From the NCBI GenBank assembly GCA_018238155.1, contig JABCTZ010000007.1:1-64000 (forward strand): DNA of 64,000 bases, given 5' to 3'. Under the pieces are notes generated by a model that was given only the letters and a program-made list of their open reading frames with translations, had not been told where the DNA came from and made no database searches. Each line of letters begins with the position of its first letter. Position 1 is the stretch's first letter. This document shows, one piece after another, positions 50,167-61,312 of the stretch. Made by a program: the position numbers and the translations under genes. This DNA comes from Candidatus Heimdallarchaeota archaeon (GTDB lineage Archaea > Asgardarchaeota > Heimdallarchaeia > JABLTI01).

Positions 50167-51189
50167 TTATTCCTCTTCGTCCTCTTCATCGTCACCAATT
50201 AAAAGTTTTAATTCTTCAAGAGTCATTCGTTTATTAGATGATTGTTTTTCTTTAGTTTTCTGAATTCGTTCTTTGAGAATTTTTTGTGATTTTTGATGTC
50301 TTCTTTTAATTTGTTCATCATCAATTAAATCTAGCAAATGATGATTCAATTTGATTTTCTCATACAATTCAACTATTTTTTTATGAGCAATGTCTGCTGC
50401 TTGACGCGAATCCAAATATTTCTCGTGTAATCCACTTCCACCTGTTCTAGACTTGTCAATTTTCTCGTAAAGTTTAGTCATTCGTTCATGATGAACTTGC
50501 CCTTTCTCTGCATACTTGAGAACATTTTGATGCGCGGTATCATGTTCTTCAGACAAAGCTTTTGCTGTCTCGACCGCTTTTTCTGTTTCATCTGAAGAGT
50601 ATCCTATTAAATGTGCAGAATAAGCTTTTTCATATAATTCAGTGATCCTTTTCGTCATAGCCGCATCTTCATCTGGGGTTAATGATGTTGTTTGTTGTTG
50701 CCATTCCAAATCTCTGATTTCGTCTGTAAGTTGTTCAGGCATCACTCCAACTTCATCTTTCATTTTATAATATCGTTCTCGTAACTCCTTTACCTTTGCC
50801 CAAGCAGCTCTAATTTCATCTTTAATTTCTTCGCGCCTTGCTTTATTACTTCGAATTTGTTCGTTGCACTTGTCTCTGAGCTCTTTTTCAATAGTTGCTT
50901 CTTCTCTCAATTTTTCAATAACAGTGGATTTTTCATCTGAAACATTGTTCCGCATATTCCGATGATGTCTAGCATCGGCATTATGTTCTGCTCTAGCTTT
51001 TTTCAATTGATCTATTTTTGATGACATTTGAGATACATCTGCTCTAAAGGCATCAGTATCTTTTTTCATTTCATCCTTACTCATCCCACTAAGTTTATCT
51101 TGCAATTCAATTGCTTCCGGATGCTCATCTAAACTTTGTTCTATATTATTTTCAGAGTTTACTTGTTCTTCTTGGGTCATTTTCTTCAC
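50167..51189 (-). CDS. Archaeal coiled-coil protein (COG1340-like)
   Basis: Heptad-rich; LEWQQQTTSLTPDE and terminal RMTLEELKLL motifs. Confidence 0.75.
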   Translation of the reverse strand: MKKMTQEEQVNSENNIEQSLDEHPEAIELQDKLSGMSKDEMKKDTDAFRADVSQMSSKIDQLKKARAEHNADARHHRNMRNNVSDEKSTVIEKLREEATIEKELRDKCNEQIRSNKARREEIKDEIRAAWAKVKELRERYYKMKDEVGVMPEQLTDEIRDLEWQQQTTSLTPDEDAAMTKRITELYEKAYSAHLIGYSSDETEKAVETAKALSEEHDTAHQNVLKYAEKGQVHHERMTKLYEKIDKSRTGGSGLHEKYLDSRQAADIAHKKIVELYEKIKLNHHLLDLIDDEQIKRRHQKSQKILKERIQKTKEKQSSNKRMTLEELKLLIGDDEEDEEE

Positions 51190-51204
51190 TTGAAAGGCTC
51201 TTTT

Positions 51205-51966
51205 CTACCGAGGGGCTATACCTTTGGAGTTAATACAAAATTTAACTCTTCGCTCGAATTCACCTGGAATTCTCGCTTCAAAATTCCCCCAACCATGACT
51301 AACTAAAATGATTTCCCTATCTACCCAATAACTCATTATTGCTTTTGCTACGGGATTAATTCGTTCATAATTATAGCTTAAAGAATCATCCTCATTTTTA
51401 ATTGCTTTAGGCATTGTAGCTTGATTAACTAAAATAATTGATATGTTCTTATCTCGAGATAGTTTTCTCAAAAATGCAACTTCGAATGCTAATTTTTCAT
51501 ATAATATTTTTGTATCTTTTTTAAAAAGCATTGCTTGTCGATAGAGATTGGATATCGTATCAATAATTATTGCACCAATATTCTGATTAGATAGATAGAA
51601 TTCTAATTTTTGGACTAATTCATGTTGAGCATTAAAATCGTTTGGAAAATAGATTTTAATATTTTTGTTCACTTTTTCGAAATTTTCTTCAGAAGCAATG
51701 TTTCTAATTTTTTCACCTGAAACCTTTCCTTCTGTATCAATATAAATAATTTTTTTATTTTTTAAACTGTAACCGATGGCTAGTTGAATTGCTATAGTTG
51801 TCTTTCCCGATCCAGCTTTGCCATAAATATGGATTAGCTTGCTTTTCGTTATTTTGGAATCTACTTTTTCTCCAAAAATTAACTCTTCAAAATCCGGAAA
51901 GTTTAGTAAACCATTCATCAAAGCCAATCGTCCATTCTTCTGTATAGAAAAATAATCATTTAACAA
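51205..51966 (-). CDS. radB: RadB-like RecA-superfamily ATPase
   Basis: IYGKAGSGKT, YIDTEG, IIDTIS and LVNQ motifs; no RadA N-domain; true start may be a few codons downstream. Confidence 0.75.
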   Translation of the reverse strand: MLNDYFSIQKNGRLALMNGLLNFPDFEELIFGEKVDSKITKSKLIHIYGKAGSGKTTIAIQLAIGYSLKNKKIIYIDTEGKVSGEKIRNIASEENFEKVNKNIKIYFPNDFNAQHELVQKLEFYLSNQNIGAIIIDTISNLYRQAMLFKKDTKILYEKLAFEVAFLRKLSRDKNISIILVNQATMPKAIKNEDDSLSYNYERINPVAKAIMSYWVDREIILVSHGWGNFEARIPGEFERRVKFCINSKGIAPR

Positions 51967-52041
51967 TAAAAGTATCTTGCCAAATAGAAATGAAAACTAC
52001 TTGTATTAATAAATCAATCTCGTTTTTTTATTTGCTTGCTA

Positions 52042-52833
52042 TCAAAAATTCAAGATTGGGGGCATGTTTCTTTTATGCTCTGATTTCTTGACCATTTGTT
52101 CAACTTTCTTTACTAAAGAATTATCTATTTCAAGTTCTTCAGCAATTTTCTCATGGGAATACTCTTTCTCAAAACCTAAGAGAACTTTGTCCAGAAGTTC
52201 ATAGGTTATACCTAATTCTCCTTCATCTGTCTGTCCATCCCAGAGTCCTGCTGAGGGAGGTTTGGCAATGATGTCTTCTGGTATATCTAAATATTTAGCA
52301 AGTGTATAAATGTGGGTCTTGTACAGACCCCCGCATGGTTCAAAATCTGCTCCTCCGTCGCCATATTTTGTAGTATAACCAACGAGGATTTCTGTTTTAT
52401 TACTAGTTCCAAGAACAAGGTAATTTAGATGATTTGCATAAGCATACAAAAGAACCATTCTACTTCGAGCCATAACATTACCAACAATAAGTTTTGCTTC
52501 CAATAATTCTTTATCCACACTTCCCTTGAACGCTTCAACCATTTCTACAATGGGTATTTTCTTTACTTCAATACCTAATTGTTTAGCTAGTTCACGAGCA
52601 TCTTTCTCATATTTGGGATCAAGTGCAGCATTTGGAAGAATTAGTCCAAGTACTTTCTCTTTACCTAATGCACGAACAGCAAGAGCTACAGAAACAGCTG
52701 AATCAATTCCACCACTTATGCCTACGACGACACCTTTCGTTTTGGAATTTTCAACATACTCTTTAACAAAGAGTTCTACTTTTGCTGAAATAATATCACA
52801 ATCTATATCAAATGCTGAACTATCTAAACCCAT
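52042..52833 (-). CDS. nadE: NH3-dependent NAD+ synthetase
   Basis: GISGGIDS, GYTTKYGDG and PSAGLWDGQTDE motifs. Confidence 0.95.
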   Translation of the reverse strand: MGLDSSAFDIDCDIISAKVELFVKEYVENSKTKGVVVGISGGIDSAVSVALAVRALGKEKVLGLILPNAALDPKYEKDARELAKQLGIEVKKIPIVEMVEAFKGSVDKELLEAKLIVGNVMARSRMVLLYAYANHLNYLVLGTSNKTEILVGYTTKYGDGGADFEPCGGLYKTHIYTLAKYLDIPEDIIAKPPSAGLWDGQTDEGELGITYELLDKVLLGFEKEYSHEKIAEELEIDNSLVKKVEQMVKKSEHKRNMPPILNF

Positions 52834-52851
52834 TTTATAACACCTAACATA

Positions 52852-54687
52852 TTATTTTGGTATTTTGATTTTTCGTTCTTCGGCTATTCTAATAGCTTTG
52901 TCATAACCTGAATCTACATGTCTTGCAACACCAGTTCCAGGATCAATAGTAAGGACTCTTTGAAGTCTCTTAGCTCTTTCTGGAGTGCCATCAGCTACAA
53001 CAACCATACCCGCATGTAATGATTTACCAATTCCAACTCCACCACCATGATGGAATGAAACCCAACTAGCTCCATTTATTCCATTGAGTGCAAAATTAAT
53101 TAGAGGCCAATCTGCAATAGCATCACTACCATCTTTCATACCTTCGGTTTCTCTGCTTGGCGAAGCAACAGAACCACAATCGAGATGATCTCTGCCAATA
53201 ACAACAGGTGCAGTTACTGTTCCATCTTTAATCAGATCATTAATAATCAAACCAAATTTCGCTCGTTCACCATATCCTAACCAGCAAATTCTTGTAGGTA
53301 ATCCCAAAATAGGTACTTTTTCTCTAACACGATCAATCCATCGCGTGAGTGGTTTATCATCTGAGAATGTGGAGAGTAAAGCATCGTCAATAGCAGATAG
53401 ATCTTTAGCGTTACCTGATAGACAAGCCCATCTGAATGGTCCTTTTCCTTCACAGAATAATGGTCGAACATATTTCAGAACAAATCCTGGAAATGCATAT
53501 CCGCCTTGCTCATTTCGAACAGATGTTAAACCGATTTTCTTAAGATGTTGCTTAAGATCAGCTACATCTTCTCCTGTCATATTATTTGCCAGAGGAGCTC
53601 TATTATTAACCATTTCAAGAGCGAGTTCTACTTGATTTCTAATAGCATTACCATAATCGAAAACAATAGCTCCTTTTGTTTGCATATCGATCATTGCTTT
53701 AACATGTGAAGCCATTGCTTTGAAAGACTCACGTACATATTCTCCTTCTCTTATTTTCACACCACTATCTAGCAATTCAGTGTAATTCTTATCATAACCA
53801 ATAGGGACATATTTCTTTACTTCGTGAGCACTTGTTTGATCTGTAACTATATCTGGAATAATACCTCTTTTTACTAATTCTGGATGCGTTTCAGCTGCAT
53901 TGCCAACTAAACCAATTGAGAGCGGTTCTTTCTTCTTCTTTGCTTCTAATGCCCATTCAATTGCTTCATCAAGACTAGTGGTTAATCTATCACAATAGTC
54001 TTCTTCTACTTTACGAGCAATTTCTGCCTTATTAACTTCAACATCGAGAATAACAGCATCATTCAATGTTGCAGCCATTGGTTGTGCACCAGACATAGCT
54101 CCCATACCTCCAGTTAGAATAAATTTCCCGGCTAAAGAATCTGAATTGAAATCCATCTTTCCAGAAGCAGCAAAGCTCTCATAGGTTCCTTGAAGAATTC
54201 CTTGAGTGCCGATGTATATCCAACTACCTGCGGTCATTTGCCCATACATCATGAGTCCCAAACGATCCAAATCATCAAAACAATCTTGAGTAGCCCAATT
54301 GCCCACTAAATTTGAATTAGCAATAATTACTCGAGGTGCTTCAGTATGAGTTGGAGCTATATAGACTGCTTTTCCGGATTGAACACAGAGTGTCTCATCC
54401 GGTTCGAGTTCTTTTAATGCTCTAACGATTTTATGAAACTCTTTCCAATTTCGGGCTGCTCTACCTGAGCCTCCATAAACAATTAATTCTTCCCAATTTC
54501 GCGCAACTTTCGGATTGAGATTATTATAAAGCATTCTGAGAGCCGCTTCTGCATCCCAAGTTTTACATTGAAGAATTTCATCACTTTCATCTGCTTTAAG
54601 TGGTTTCTCGGGTTTCAAATCCATATACATGGGGCGATCATAAACTTCGATTTCCTTCTTTAGATCCGTCAAATTAAGTAACTCCAA
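52852..54687 (-). CDS. hutU: Urocanate hydratase
   Basis: [27 protein letters not shown] and HHGGGVGIG motifs. Confidence 0.97.
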   Translation of the reverse strand: MELLNLTDLKKEIEVYDRPMYMDLKPEKPLKADESDEILQCKTWDAEAALRMLYNNLNPKVARNWEELIVYGGSGRAARNWKEFHKIVRALKELEPDETLCVQSGKAVYIAPTHTEAPRVIIANSNLVGNWATQDCFDDLDRLGLMMYGQMTAGSWIYIGTQGILQGTYESFAASGKMDFNSDSLAGKFILTGGMGAMSGAQPMAATLNDAVILDVEVNKAEIARKVEEDYCDRLTTSLDEAIEWALEAKKKKEPLSIGLVGNAAETHPELVKRGIIPDIVTDQTSAHEVKKYVPIGYDKNYTELLDSGVKIREGEYVRESFKAMASHVKAMIDMQTKGAIVFDYGNAIRNQVELALEMVNNRAPLANNMTGEDVADLKQHLKKIGLTSVRNEQGGYAFPGFVLKYVRPLFCEGKGPFRWACLSGNAKDLSAIDDALLSTFSDDKPLTRWIDRVREKVPILGLPTRICWLGYGERAKFGLIINDLIKDGTVTAPVVIGRDHLDCGSVASPSRETEGMKDGSDAIADWPLINFALNGINGASWVSFHHGGGVGIGKSLHAGMVVVADGTPERAKRLQRVLTIDPGTGVARHVDSGYDKAIRIAEERKIKIPK

Positions 54688-54827
54688 TCGGTTTCATTCT
54701 CTACTGTGTGGAATCTTATGTCTACTTTAGATTTTTTAAATCTATGTTATATTTTTTTCTATCTTTTAAAGGAAATCTATTAAAAGAGCTTTCCCTTGAA
54801 GGACATATTCATTAAATAGGAGAGTAT

Positions 54828-56120
54828 ATGTTGTCCTCCAACAAGAGTGATTTTAATAAAGAAATTCCCGATTTAGTAATTTTACATGCAAATGAATTGG
54901 TTACTATGCACTCTAAATTTGGTGCCCCACGAGTTGGTAAGGCAATGAGTGAATTAGCCATTATTGAAGATGGGGCAATCGCCATTAAAAATGATAAGAT
55001 AATTTTCGTTGGTACCTCGGATGATTTTCTGAAGAAAATGAAAATTGGAAATCAAACAATAGTTATTGATGCTACTGGTAAATTGGTTGCTCCTGGGTTT
55101 GTGGATCCACATGTTCACCTTATTTTTTCTGGTTCTCGGGAAAATGAGCTATCAATGAAACTTGCCGGTAAAACATATTTAGAAATTCTCGAATCAGGTG
55201 GAGGAATTCTGAAAACTGTTAGAGCGACAAGAAAAGCATCAATTGAGGATTTAGTAAAAAATGGCATAAGTATACTTGATAAAATGCTTCAACATGGAAC
55301 TACTACTGTAGAAGCAAAATCTGGTTATGGCTTATCAGTTGATGCCGAAATAAAATCACTCAAAGCAATCAAGGAATTGGATAAACAACATCCTATAGAT
55401 TTGGTAGCTACTTTTCTTGGAGCTCATGCTATACCACCTGAGTATAAAGAAAGAACGGATGAATATGTTGATTTGATTATCAATGAAATGCTTCCAAAAA
55501 TAGAAGAACAAAATCTGGCTGAATTTTGCGATGTTTTTTGTGAAAAGGGTATGTTTTCAATAGAACAAACTCGAAAAATATTACTTGCTGCTAAAAAGCG
55601 CAACATAAAACCCGTTATCCATATAGATGAAATAGTTGATACAAATGGAGCTGCTCTTGCTGCAGAATTACATGCTATTCAAACCGGACATTTGCTTCAG
55701 TCAAATGATGAAGGTTTGAAAGCAATGGCTAAAGAAAAAATTATTGCTACCCTATTACCAGGAACTCCATTTTGTTTAATGATGAAAGATTATGCGCCTG
55801 CAAGGAAGATGATTGAATATGGTATACCGGTTGCTATTGCTACAGATCTTAATCCAAATTGTTGGACTGAATCTATGTTAATGGTAATAGTTCTTTCTTG
55901 TTATAACATGAAAATGTCTCCCGCTGAAGCATTGACCGCTGCAACAATTAATGCTGCATGTGCAATTCAGAGGGAAAGTACAGTTGGTAGTTTGGAAGTT
56001 GGTAAAAAAGCTGATATAGTAATTTTTGATGTTGCAAATCATTTCTTCTTATCATACCAGTTTGGAGTAAACCTTGTATCCAAAGTTATCAAAAATGGTT
56101 TAATAGTTATTGAAAATTGA
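54828..56120 (+). CDS. hutI: Imidazolonepropionase
   Basis: PGFVDPHVH, GGGILKTV, EAKSGYGL and ATDLNP motifs. Confidence 0.95.
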   Translation: MLSSNKSDFNKEIPDLVILHANELVTMHSKFGAPRVGKAMSELAIIEDGAIAIKNDKIIFVGTSDDFLKKMKIGNQTIVIDATGKLVAPGFVDPHVHLIFSGSRENELSMKLAGKTYLEILESGGGILKTVRATRKASIEDLVKNGISILDKMLQHGTTTVEAKSGYGLSVDAEIKSLKAIKELDKQHPIDLVATFLGAHAIPPEYKERTDEYVDLIINEMLPKIEEQNLAEFCDVFCEKGMFSIEQTRKILLAAKKRNIKPVIHIDEIVDTNGAALAAELHAIQTGHLLQSNDEGLKAMAKEKIIATLLPGTPFCLMMKDYAPARKMIEYGIPVAIATDLNPNCWTESMLMVIVLSCYNMKMSPAEALTAATINAACAIQRESTVGSLEVGKKADIVIFDVANHFFLSYQFGVNLVSKVIKNGLIVIEN

Positions 56121-56133
56121 AAAAAAAATCTGT

Positions 56134-56151
56134 TGCGAGTCATAACTCGCA
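56134..56151. terminator. Hairpin between convergent hutI and ftcD
   Basis: TGCGAGT-CATA-ACTCGCA. Confidence 0.45.
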
Positions 56152-56167
56152 TAATCTATTATTAGAC

Positions 56168-57082
56168 TTAAAAATCGAAATAGTGTTCGATTAAGTGTTC
56201 TTCTTTCAAGTGTTTAGGATTGTTTATTTGAAGATAATACTCGAGAGAATTTAGCACTGATTCTAAAGGAATTGGTCCAACAAGTTCAGTTCCTACAACT
56301 GATACACCATATCTTGCAGCTTCAATCCGAACAAGTTCTAACTGTCTATACATTGGTGTTTTCTTAAAATTGATATTGCTGATCCCAACTTGAACATAAT
56401 CCTTACCTTCAATTGCTGTGCCCATAGCTTTGATGTTAACTAATCCACCTGAAGCAAGGTGCACTCTTCGAGCTACTCTTTTAGCAACTTTGACATCTGT
56501 AGTTCCTAAATTGATGTTTAAACAAACCAAAGCCATTCTTGCTCCTGTAACTGTTGCGCCACCTTTTGGATGGAATTTAGAAGGGCCAAAATCAGGCTTG
56601 TGATCTGAATTTGTTTTGATAGTTTCGCGTAATCCTTCGTAATCTCCGACTCGAATATTATCAATATTTCGACGCTCTGGTCTTGTAGCAGCTTCTTCAT
56701 AGAGATATATTGGAACACCTTCCGCAGCCATAGCTTTTGCATATTTCTTGGAAAGTTCAATACATTCTTCCATTGAAACATTCTGAGCAGGTACAAATGG
56801 CACTACATCAGTTGCACCAATGCGTGGATGTTGACCTTTGTGTTTAGTCATATCGATTAATTCAAGAGCCTTCTTTGATGCAGCGATATTTGCTTGTAAT
56901 ACTGCTTCTGGTTCACCAACGAATGTAATTACCGCTCGATTATAATCACTATCATATTGTATATCGATGATGTTTGTTTTTGGTGTTTTTCTTATTTCAT
57001 CGACAATTGCTTCAACGACTTTTCCATCTGATCCTTCACTATAATTTGGAACTGATTCAACAATTTTCCTTTTTTTATCCAA
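56168..57082 (-). CDS. ftcD: Glutamate formimidoyltransferase
   Basis: ESVPNYSEG, HKGQHPRIGATDVVPF and PDFGP motifs. Confidence 0.93.
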   Translation of the reverse strand: MDKKRKIVESVPNYSEGSDGKVVEAIVDEIRKTPKTNIIDIQYDSDYNRAVITFVGEPEAVLQANIAASKKALELIDMTKHKGQHPRIGATDVVPFVPAQNVSMEECIELSKKYAKAMAAEGVPIYLYEEAATRPERRNIDNIRVGDYEGLRETIKTNSDHKPDFGPSKFHPKGGATVTGARMALVCLNINLGTTDVKVAKRVARRVHLASGGLVNIKAMGTAIEGKDYVQVGISNINFKKTPMYRQLELVRIEAARYGVSVVGTELVGPIPLESVLNSLEYYLQINNPKHLKEEHLIEHYFDF

Positions 57083-57280
57083 GAAAATCTCCTCAAAATT
57101 TTGCTCTATTACCTTTCATTCAAGATTCACTCTTTTAATACGTTATTATCCGATTGCTATCCAAAAAGAAAAAAAAATAAAAAACCTAACTTTCTTGCAT
57201 GTAATATTCAAAAAATCTAATGAAGTGATTTTGACTTTAATTTAGTTAATATTGAATTAAGTAGTTTAATAGTTAAAATA

Positions 57281-57514
57281 TTGCAAGATTCAACAGTTAT
57301 TGATTGGATTACCAAAGATAACATCTTGATTTTCAACTGGTTAATTATTATGGCTCCAGTATCTGTTATTGATTATATTATTGTCCATGAATTGTGTCAT
57401 CTAAAATATCCTAATCATTCAGAGAACTTTTGGAAAGAAGTAGCTGTTTTTTGTCTAGACTTTCAAAAAAGAAGAGATTGGTTGAGAATAAGAGGACTTG
57501 AATTATCATTTTAG
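57281..57514 (+). pseudogene. C-terminal remnant of a YgjP/DUF45 (M48-like) metallopeptidase
   Basis: FNW.IIMAP..VIDYIIVHELCHL..PNHS..FW; N-terminal part absent. Confidence 0.7.
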
Positions 57515-57620
57515 ATAACAATTAATTTTCTACTCTTTACATAAGATCTATGAACAATAATTTGAAATAACGGTAAATTATTGGTTAACTAAAAGCATTT
57601 ATAAATGATTAGACTTCAAA

Positions 57621-57807
57621 TTTAAAACAAGGAGTTTTTTTGGCATTAACTGCCGTAATCTCTTACTGTGGATAAAATCACATTTTAGAAAAGATTTCCA
57701 ATAGTAAATTCATCTCTTCAATAGAGAAAAAATTTAAACAAACACAACGAAAATTAAGGTCAATACAAGAATATTACTAATGGTCGCCAAGAAAGCTTTG
57801 TTTTAAA
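57621..57807 (+). ncRNA. Putative structured 5' leader or sRNA upstream of aCPSF1
   Basis: 57621-57644 is complementary to 57786-57807; internal hairpins; TTTATAAA box at 57598-57605. Confidence 0.45.
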
Positions 57808-57877
57808 ATAGTACACACGGAAAAAAACTATCTCTGTTGTAAATAAAAAAACTACTTTGTAATGAGAGAGAAAAAAA

Positions 57878-59791
57878 ATGCTAATTAGTCAAGAAACATT
57901 GGATGAAATTAAATCGAAAATTCTAGCGAAAACACCTCCATCTGCAGATATTTCTGAAATTGAATTTGAGGGCCCTGAAGTAGCCGTTTATTCTCGCAAT
58001 CCTCAGATACTCGTTGATAATGGTGAACTTGTTAAAAATTTAGCTAAGGATTTACGTAAACGTATTGTTATTCGCTCTGATCCTTCTGTTCGTATGAAGG
58101 AAGAGAAAGCTAAAACTATTGTTGAAAAGCTTGTTCCTAAGGAAGCTGAAGTAACCTCGATTCAATTTGATTCCAACATTGGCGAAATTCTGATAGAAGC
58201 TGTTAAACCTGGTCTTGTAATTGGAAAAAGTGGTGAAACTTTACGAAAAATAACTTCGGAGACATTCTGGAGACCTAGTGTTTCAAGAACTCCACCTTTA
58301 GACTCACGTATCGTTAAAACAGTGAGAAATATTCTTTTTACTGAAAGTGAGGCGCGCAAAAAGATATTGAGAAAAATAGGTCGGAGAATACACCGAAAGC
58401 AAATGTTTGAAACGAATTGGGTTCGAATCACATCTTTAGGTGGTTATCGAGAAGTAGGTAGAAGTGCAACTCTATTACGAACTCCTGAAAGTAACATCTT
58501 AATTGATTGTGGTGTAAATGTCGGTCGTAATTCATCAAAGGAAATGTTTCCAAGATTGGATGCTTTGGAATTTTCTATTGAGAATTTGGATGCTGTTGTT
58601 ATTACACATGCTCATCTTGATCACAGTGGCTTCTTACCATACCTTTTCAAATATGGATATGAAGGTCCTGTTTATACAACAAAAGCAACAAGCAATTTAA
58701 TGACACTACTACAAATCGATTATTTGGATGTAGCTAAAAAAGAAGGAAAGCTTCTTCCATATATGCAAAAAGATGTTAAAAAAACTGTTCTTCATACTAT
58801 TCCATTAAATTATGGAGAAGTTACTGATATCTCACCCGACATCCGTTTAACACTTCATAATGCAGGACACATTTTGGGATCAGCAATAGTGCATTTACAT
58901 ATTGGTAATGGACTTTACAATATGGCTGTTGCTCAAGATTTTAAATATCGTCAAACTAATCTACTAGATTCTGCTGTTTCAAAATTCCCACGATTGGAAG
59001 CACTCTTCATGGAATCCACTTATGGAAACCCTCAGGATACAATGCCTTCCAATAAAGAAGCTGAAACTCATATTAGGAATGTTATTAGTACCACCTTAGA
59101 GAGAGGTGGAAAAGTACTGATCCCAGTTTTAGCAGTAGGGCGTGCTCAAGAGTTACAAATTGTTATAGAATCATTGATTGCAAAGAAATTGGTACCTGCT
59201 GTACCCGTTTATCTAGATGGTATGATTTCTGAGGCTTCAGCTGTAACAACTTGCCACCCTGAATATCTTAGCCGAAAGCTTCGCGAGAAAATATTCCATA
59301 TCGGTCAAAACCCATTCTTAGCTGAATGCTTCCATAGAGTACAAGGAAGAGATGAAAGAAAACAAATCATTGGTGGTGATCCTTGTATTATTCTTGCAAC
59401 CAGTGGTATGTTAACTGGTGGTCCTTCTGTTGAGTATTTTGAGAAACTCTCAGGTGATTCCAAGAATTCCATTCTTTTCGTTTCTTATCAAGGTGAAGGT
59501 TCACTTGGTAGAAAAGTACAGAAAAATGTCAATGAAATTACCCTTATGGAAAAAGGACATGCACGTATGTTAAAAATAAATATGGAAGTTCACACCATCA
59601 TAGGTTTCTCGGGTCATAGTGATAGAAAAGAGCTTTTGAATTACGCTCGCAAAGTGAATCCTCGACCAGAAAAAATCTTTCTAATACATGGAGAGAAAAG
59701 TAAATGTATCTCTTTAGCATCAACATTGCACAAAATGCTCAAGGTGGAAACAAAAGCACCTGAAGTACTAGAAACATTGAGATTATGCTAG
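57878..59791 (+). CDS. fttA: aCPSF1/FttA beta-CASP ribonuclease (transcription termination factor)
   Basis: N-terminal KH domains (IEFEGP, KPGLVIGKSG); THAHLDH, GHILGS and FSGHSD motifs. Confidence 0.95.
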   Translation: MLISQETLDEIKSKILAKTPPSADISEIEFEGPEVAVYSRNPQILVDNGELVKNLAKDLRKRIVIRSDPSVRMKEEKAKTIVEKLVPKEAEVTSIQFDSNIGEILIEAVKPGLVIGKSGETLRKITSETFWRPSVSRTPPLDSRIVKTVRNILFTESEARKKILRKIGRRIHRKQMFETNWVRITSLGGYREVGRSATLLRTPESNILIDCGVNVGRNSSKEMFPRLDALEFSIENLDAVVITHAHLDHSGFLPYLFKYGYEGPVYTTKATSNLMTLLQIDYLDVAKKEGKLLPYMQKDVKKTVLHTIPLNYGEVTDISPDIRLTLHNAGHILGSAIVHLHIGNGLYNMAVAQDFKYRQTNLLDSAVSKFPRLEALFMESTYGNPQDTMPSNKEAETHIRNVISTTLERGGKVLIPVLAVGRAQELQIVIESLIAKKLVPAVPVYLDGMISEASAVTTCHPEYLSRKLREKIFHIGQNPFLAECFHRVQGRDERKQIIGGDPCIILATSGMLTGGPSVEYFEKLSGDSKNSILFVSYQGEGSLGRKVQKNVNEITLMEKGHARMLKINMEVHTIIGFSGHSDRKELLNYARKVNPRPEKIFLIHGEKSKCISLASTLHKMLKVETKAPEVLETLRLC

Positions 59792-60004
59792 ATTTAGCAA
59801 GGTTACGTTGAAGGTTTTTCTTTTAACATTAACCTCATCCCCTTTTTTATTTGGTTGTGTAACTATCCTTCTTTTAAATGAGTTTGATAGAAAATAAGTT
59901 TGTGTAGAGTTTTAAACAACAGATGTGGATATACTGGAATGTTTTCGTTTTTTACTGGAAGTTCTAGAGAACCTACAAGGACAAAATATCAATCTTCATA
60001 TTTG

Positions 60005-60490
60005 TTATAGCTTGATTTTCCATATCTCATCATTTACGAAATGAATATTTTTTATCGCTTTACCTCTTTTCATGTTATGGATTTCACTTCCATCAAAAAG
60101 TAATTCTCCAATAGCAAGTGCTTTACTAAAATTCTCGTCGATGATCATAATTATTGTTCCAGCTTTTAGCTCATCTGATATTTGGGTTATACCTGGAGCC
60201 ATTATATCTGCTCCATTAGTAACATATGGTACCGCACCCATATCCACAGTTACAGAAGGCAATTTAATTAATCCTTCATTGAGCACACGAAGGCTAGGAA
60301 ATATTCTGTCCCCAATTTTAAAGGCTAAAATTTTTTTATTTTCAGCATAAAATTCACCTATATCTGATACCACTAATTCTGCGCCCTTCTCAAATAAAGA
60401 ATCAACTTCATCCCCTAGAACTATCTTTAGTTTCTCTTTGAGTTCCTTGAAATCCTTTTTTCTCATTGCATGTCTACGAGTAATTTCCAA
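60005..60490 (-). CDS. DUF1947+PUA RNA-binding protein (MCTS1/Tma20-like)
   Basis: VDMGAVPYVTNGADIMAPGI and KRGKAIKNIHFVNDEIW motifs. Confidence 0.85.
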   Translation of the reverse strand: MEITRRHAMRKKDFKELKEKLKIVLGDEVDSLFEKGAELVVSDIGEFYAENKKILAFKIGDRIFPSLRVLNEGLIKLPSVTVDMGAVPYVTNGADIMAPGITQISDELKAGTIIMIIDENFSKALAIGELLFDGSEIHNMKRGKAIKNIHFVNDEIWKIKL

Positions 60491-60717
60491 AACAAAGCAT
60501 CCTTAACTATTCTTTTGGAAATTTCTTCTGATTATTCTTTATTCTTTTGGCAACATTGAGCAAATTTCTTTCTTTGAGTTTATTGCCCAAGTAATCAAAG
60601 ATTATACTTTCGTTCAAAATCAAGTAAGATTGAATATTGAAGAAAGCATTTAAAAACCAATAACTTTCATTGAAAGTACAGATTGTTCTAATCTTATATT
60701 TCTTGGAGAACAGTAAA

Positions 60718-60984
60718 ATGAGCAAACAGCAACCAGAAAGACGCTTAAGTAAAGATAGACCTATGGATCTTCTTTCAATGTCACTTGGAGGAATCGTCTT
60801 AGTGAAATTGAAAGGTGGACGCCAATTAAGAGGTAAATTGAAGAATTACGATCCACATCTAAATCTGACTTTAGAAGATGCCGAGGAAATCCTAGAAAGC
60901 GGAAACAATTCCTTAGGAACAATCATCTTACGTGGCGATAATGTTATAATCATCAGCCCACCTCCATCAGTAGACAAGAAATAG
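60718..60984 (+). CDS. Sm/Lsm family protein (SmAP)
   Basis: RP.D.L, VKLKGGRQLRGKLKNYDPHLNLTLEDAEE and ILRGDNV. Confidence 0.93.
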   Translation: MSKQQPERRLSKDRPMDLLSMSLGGIVLVKLKGGRQLRGKLKNYDPHLNLTLEDAEEILESGNNSLGTIILRGDNVIIISPPPSVDKK

Positions 60985-61312
60985 AAACAAGAGAATATAA
61001 GCAAAGATGACTCTTTATTTTCATCTAAGCTTTTTCTTTCTATAGAGCTTTTTCAAATGTAGCCGATTCAAAGAATTTTCTTATATTACTCTATTACATA
61101 TGATTTTTCTTATCTTCTTTCTATCTATATGTAATTTCAAGATGAATTCTAAGACGTTTATATCAAAATTGACTCAATTTGAATTTGTTAAAATCTCATA
61201 CCCGTTTTTTTATAAATAAAATCAATTTTATATAGTCAAGAATCAGAAAACAGAATGATAAGAAAAGAAAATATTAGGGAAAATCTTTCCCTTAAAAAAT
61301 AAATATTTGAAA

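Noticed and set aside
60507-60725. 72-aa ORF between the PUA and Sm genes
   Set aside because: Overlaps the divergent promoter region and has no recognisable features
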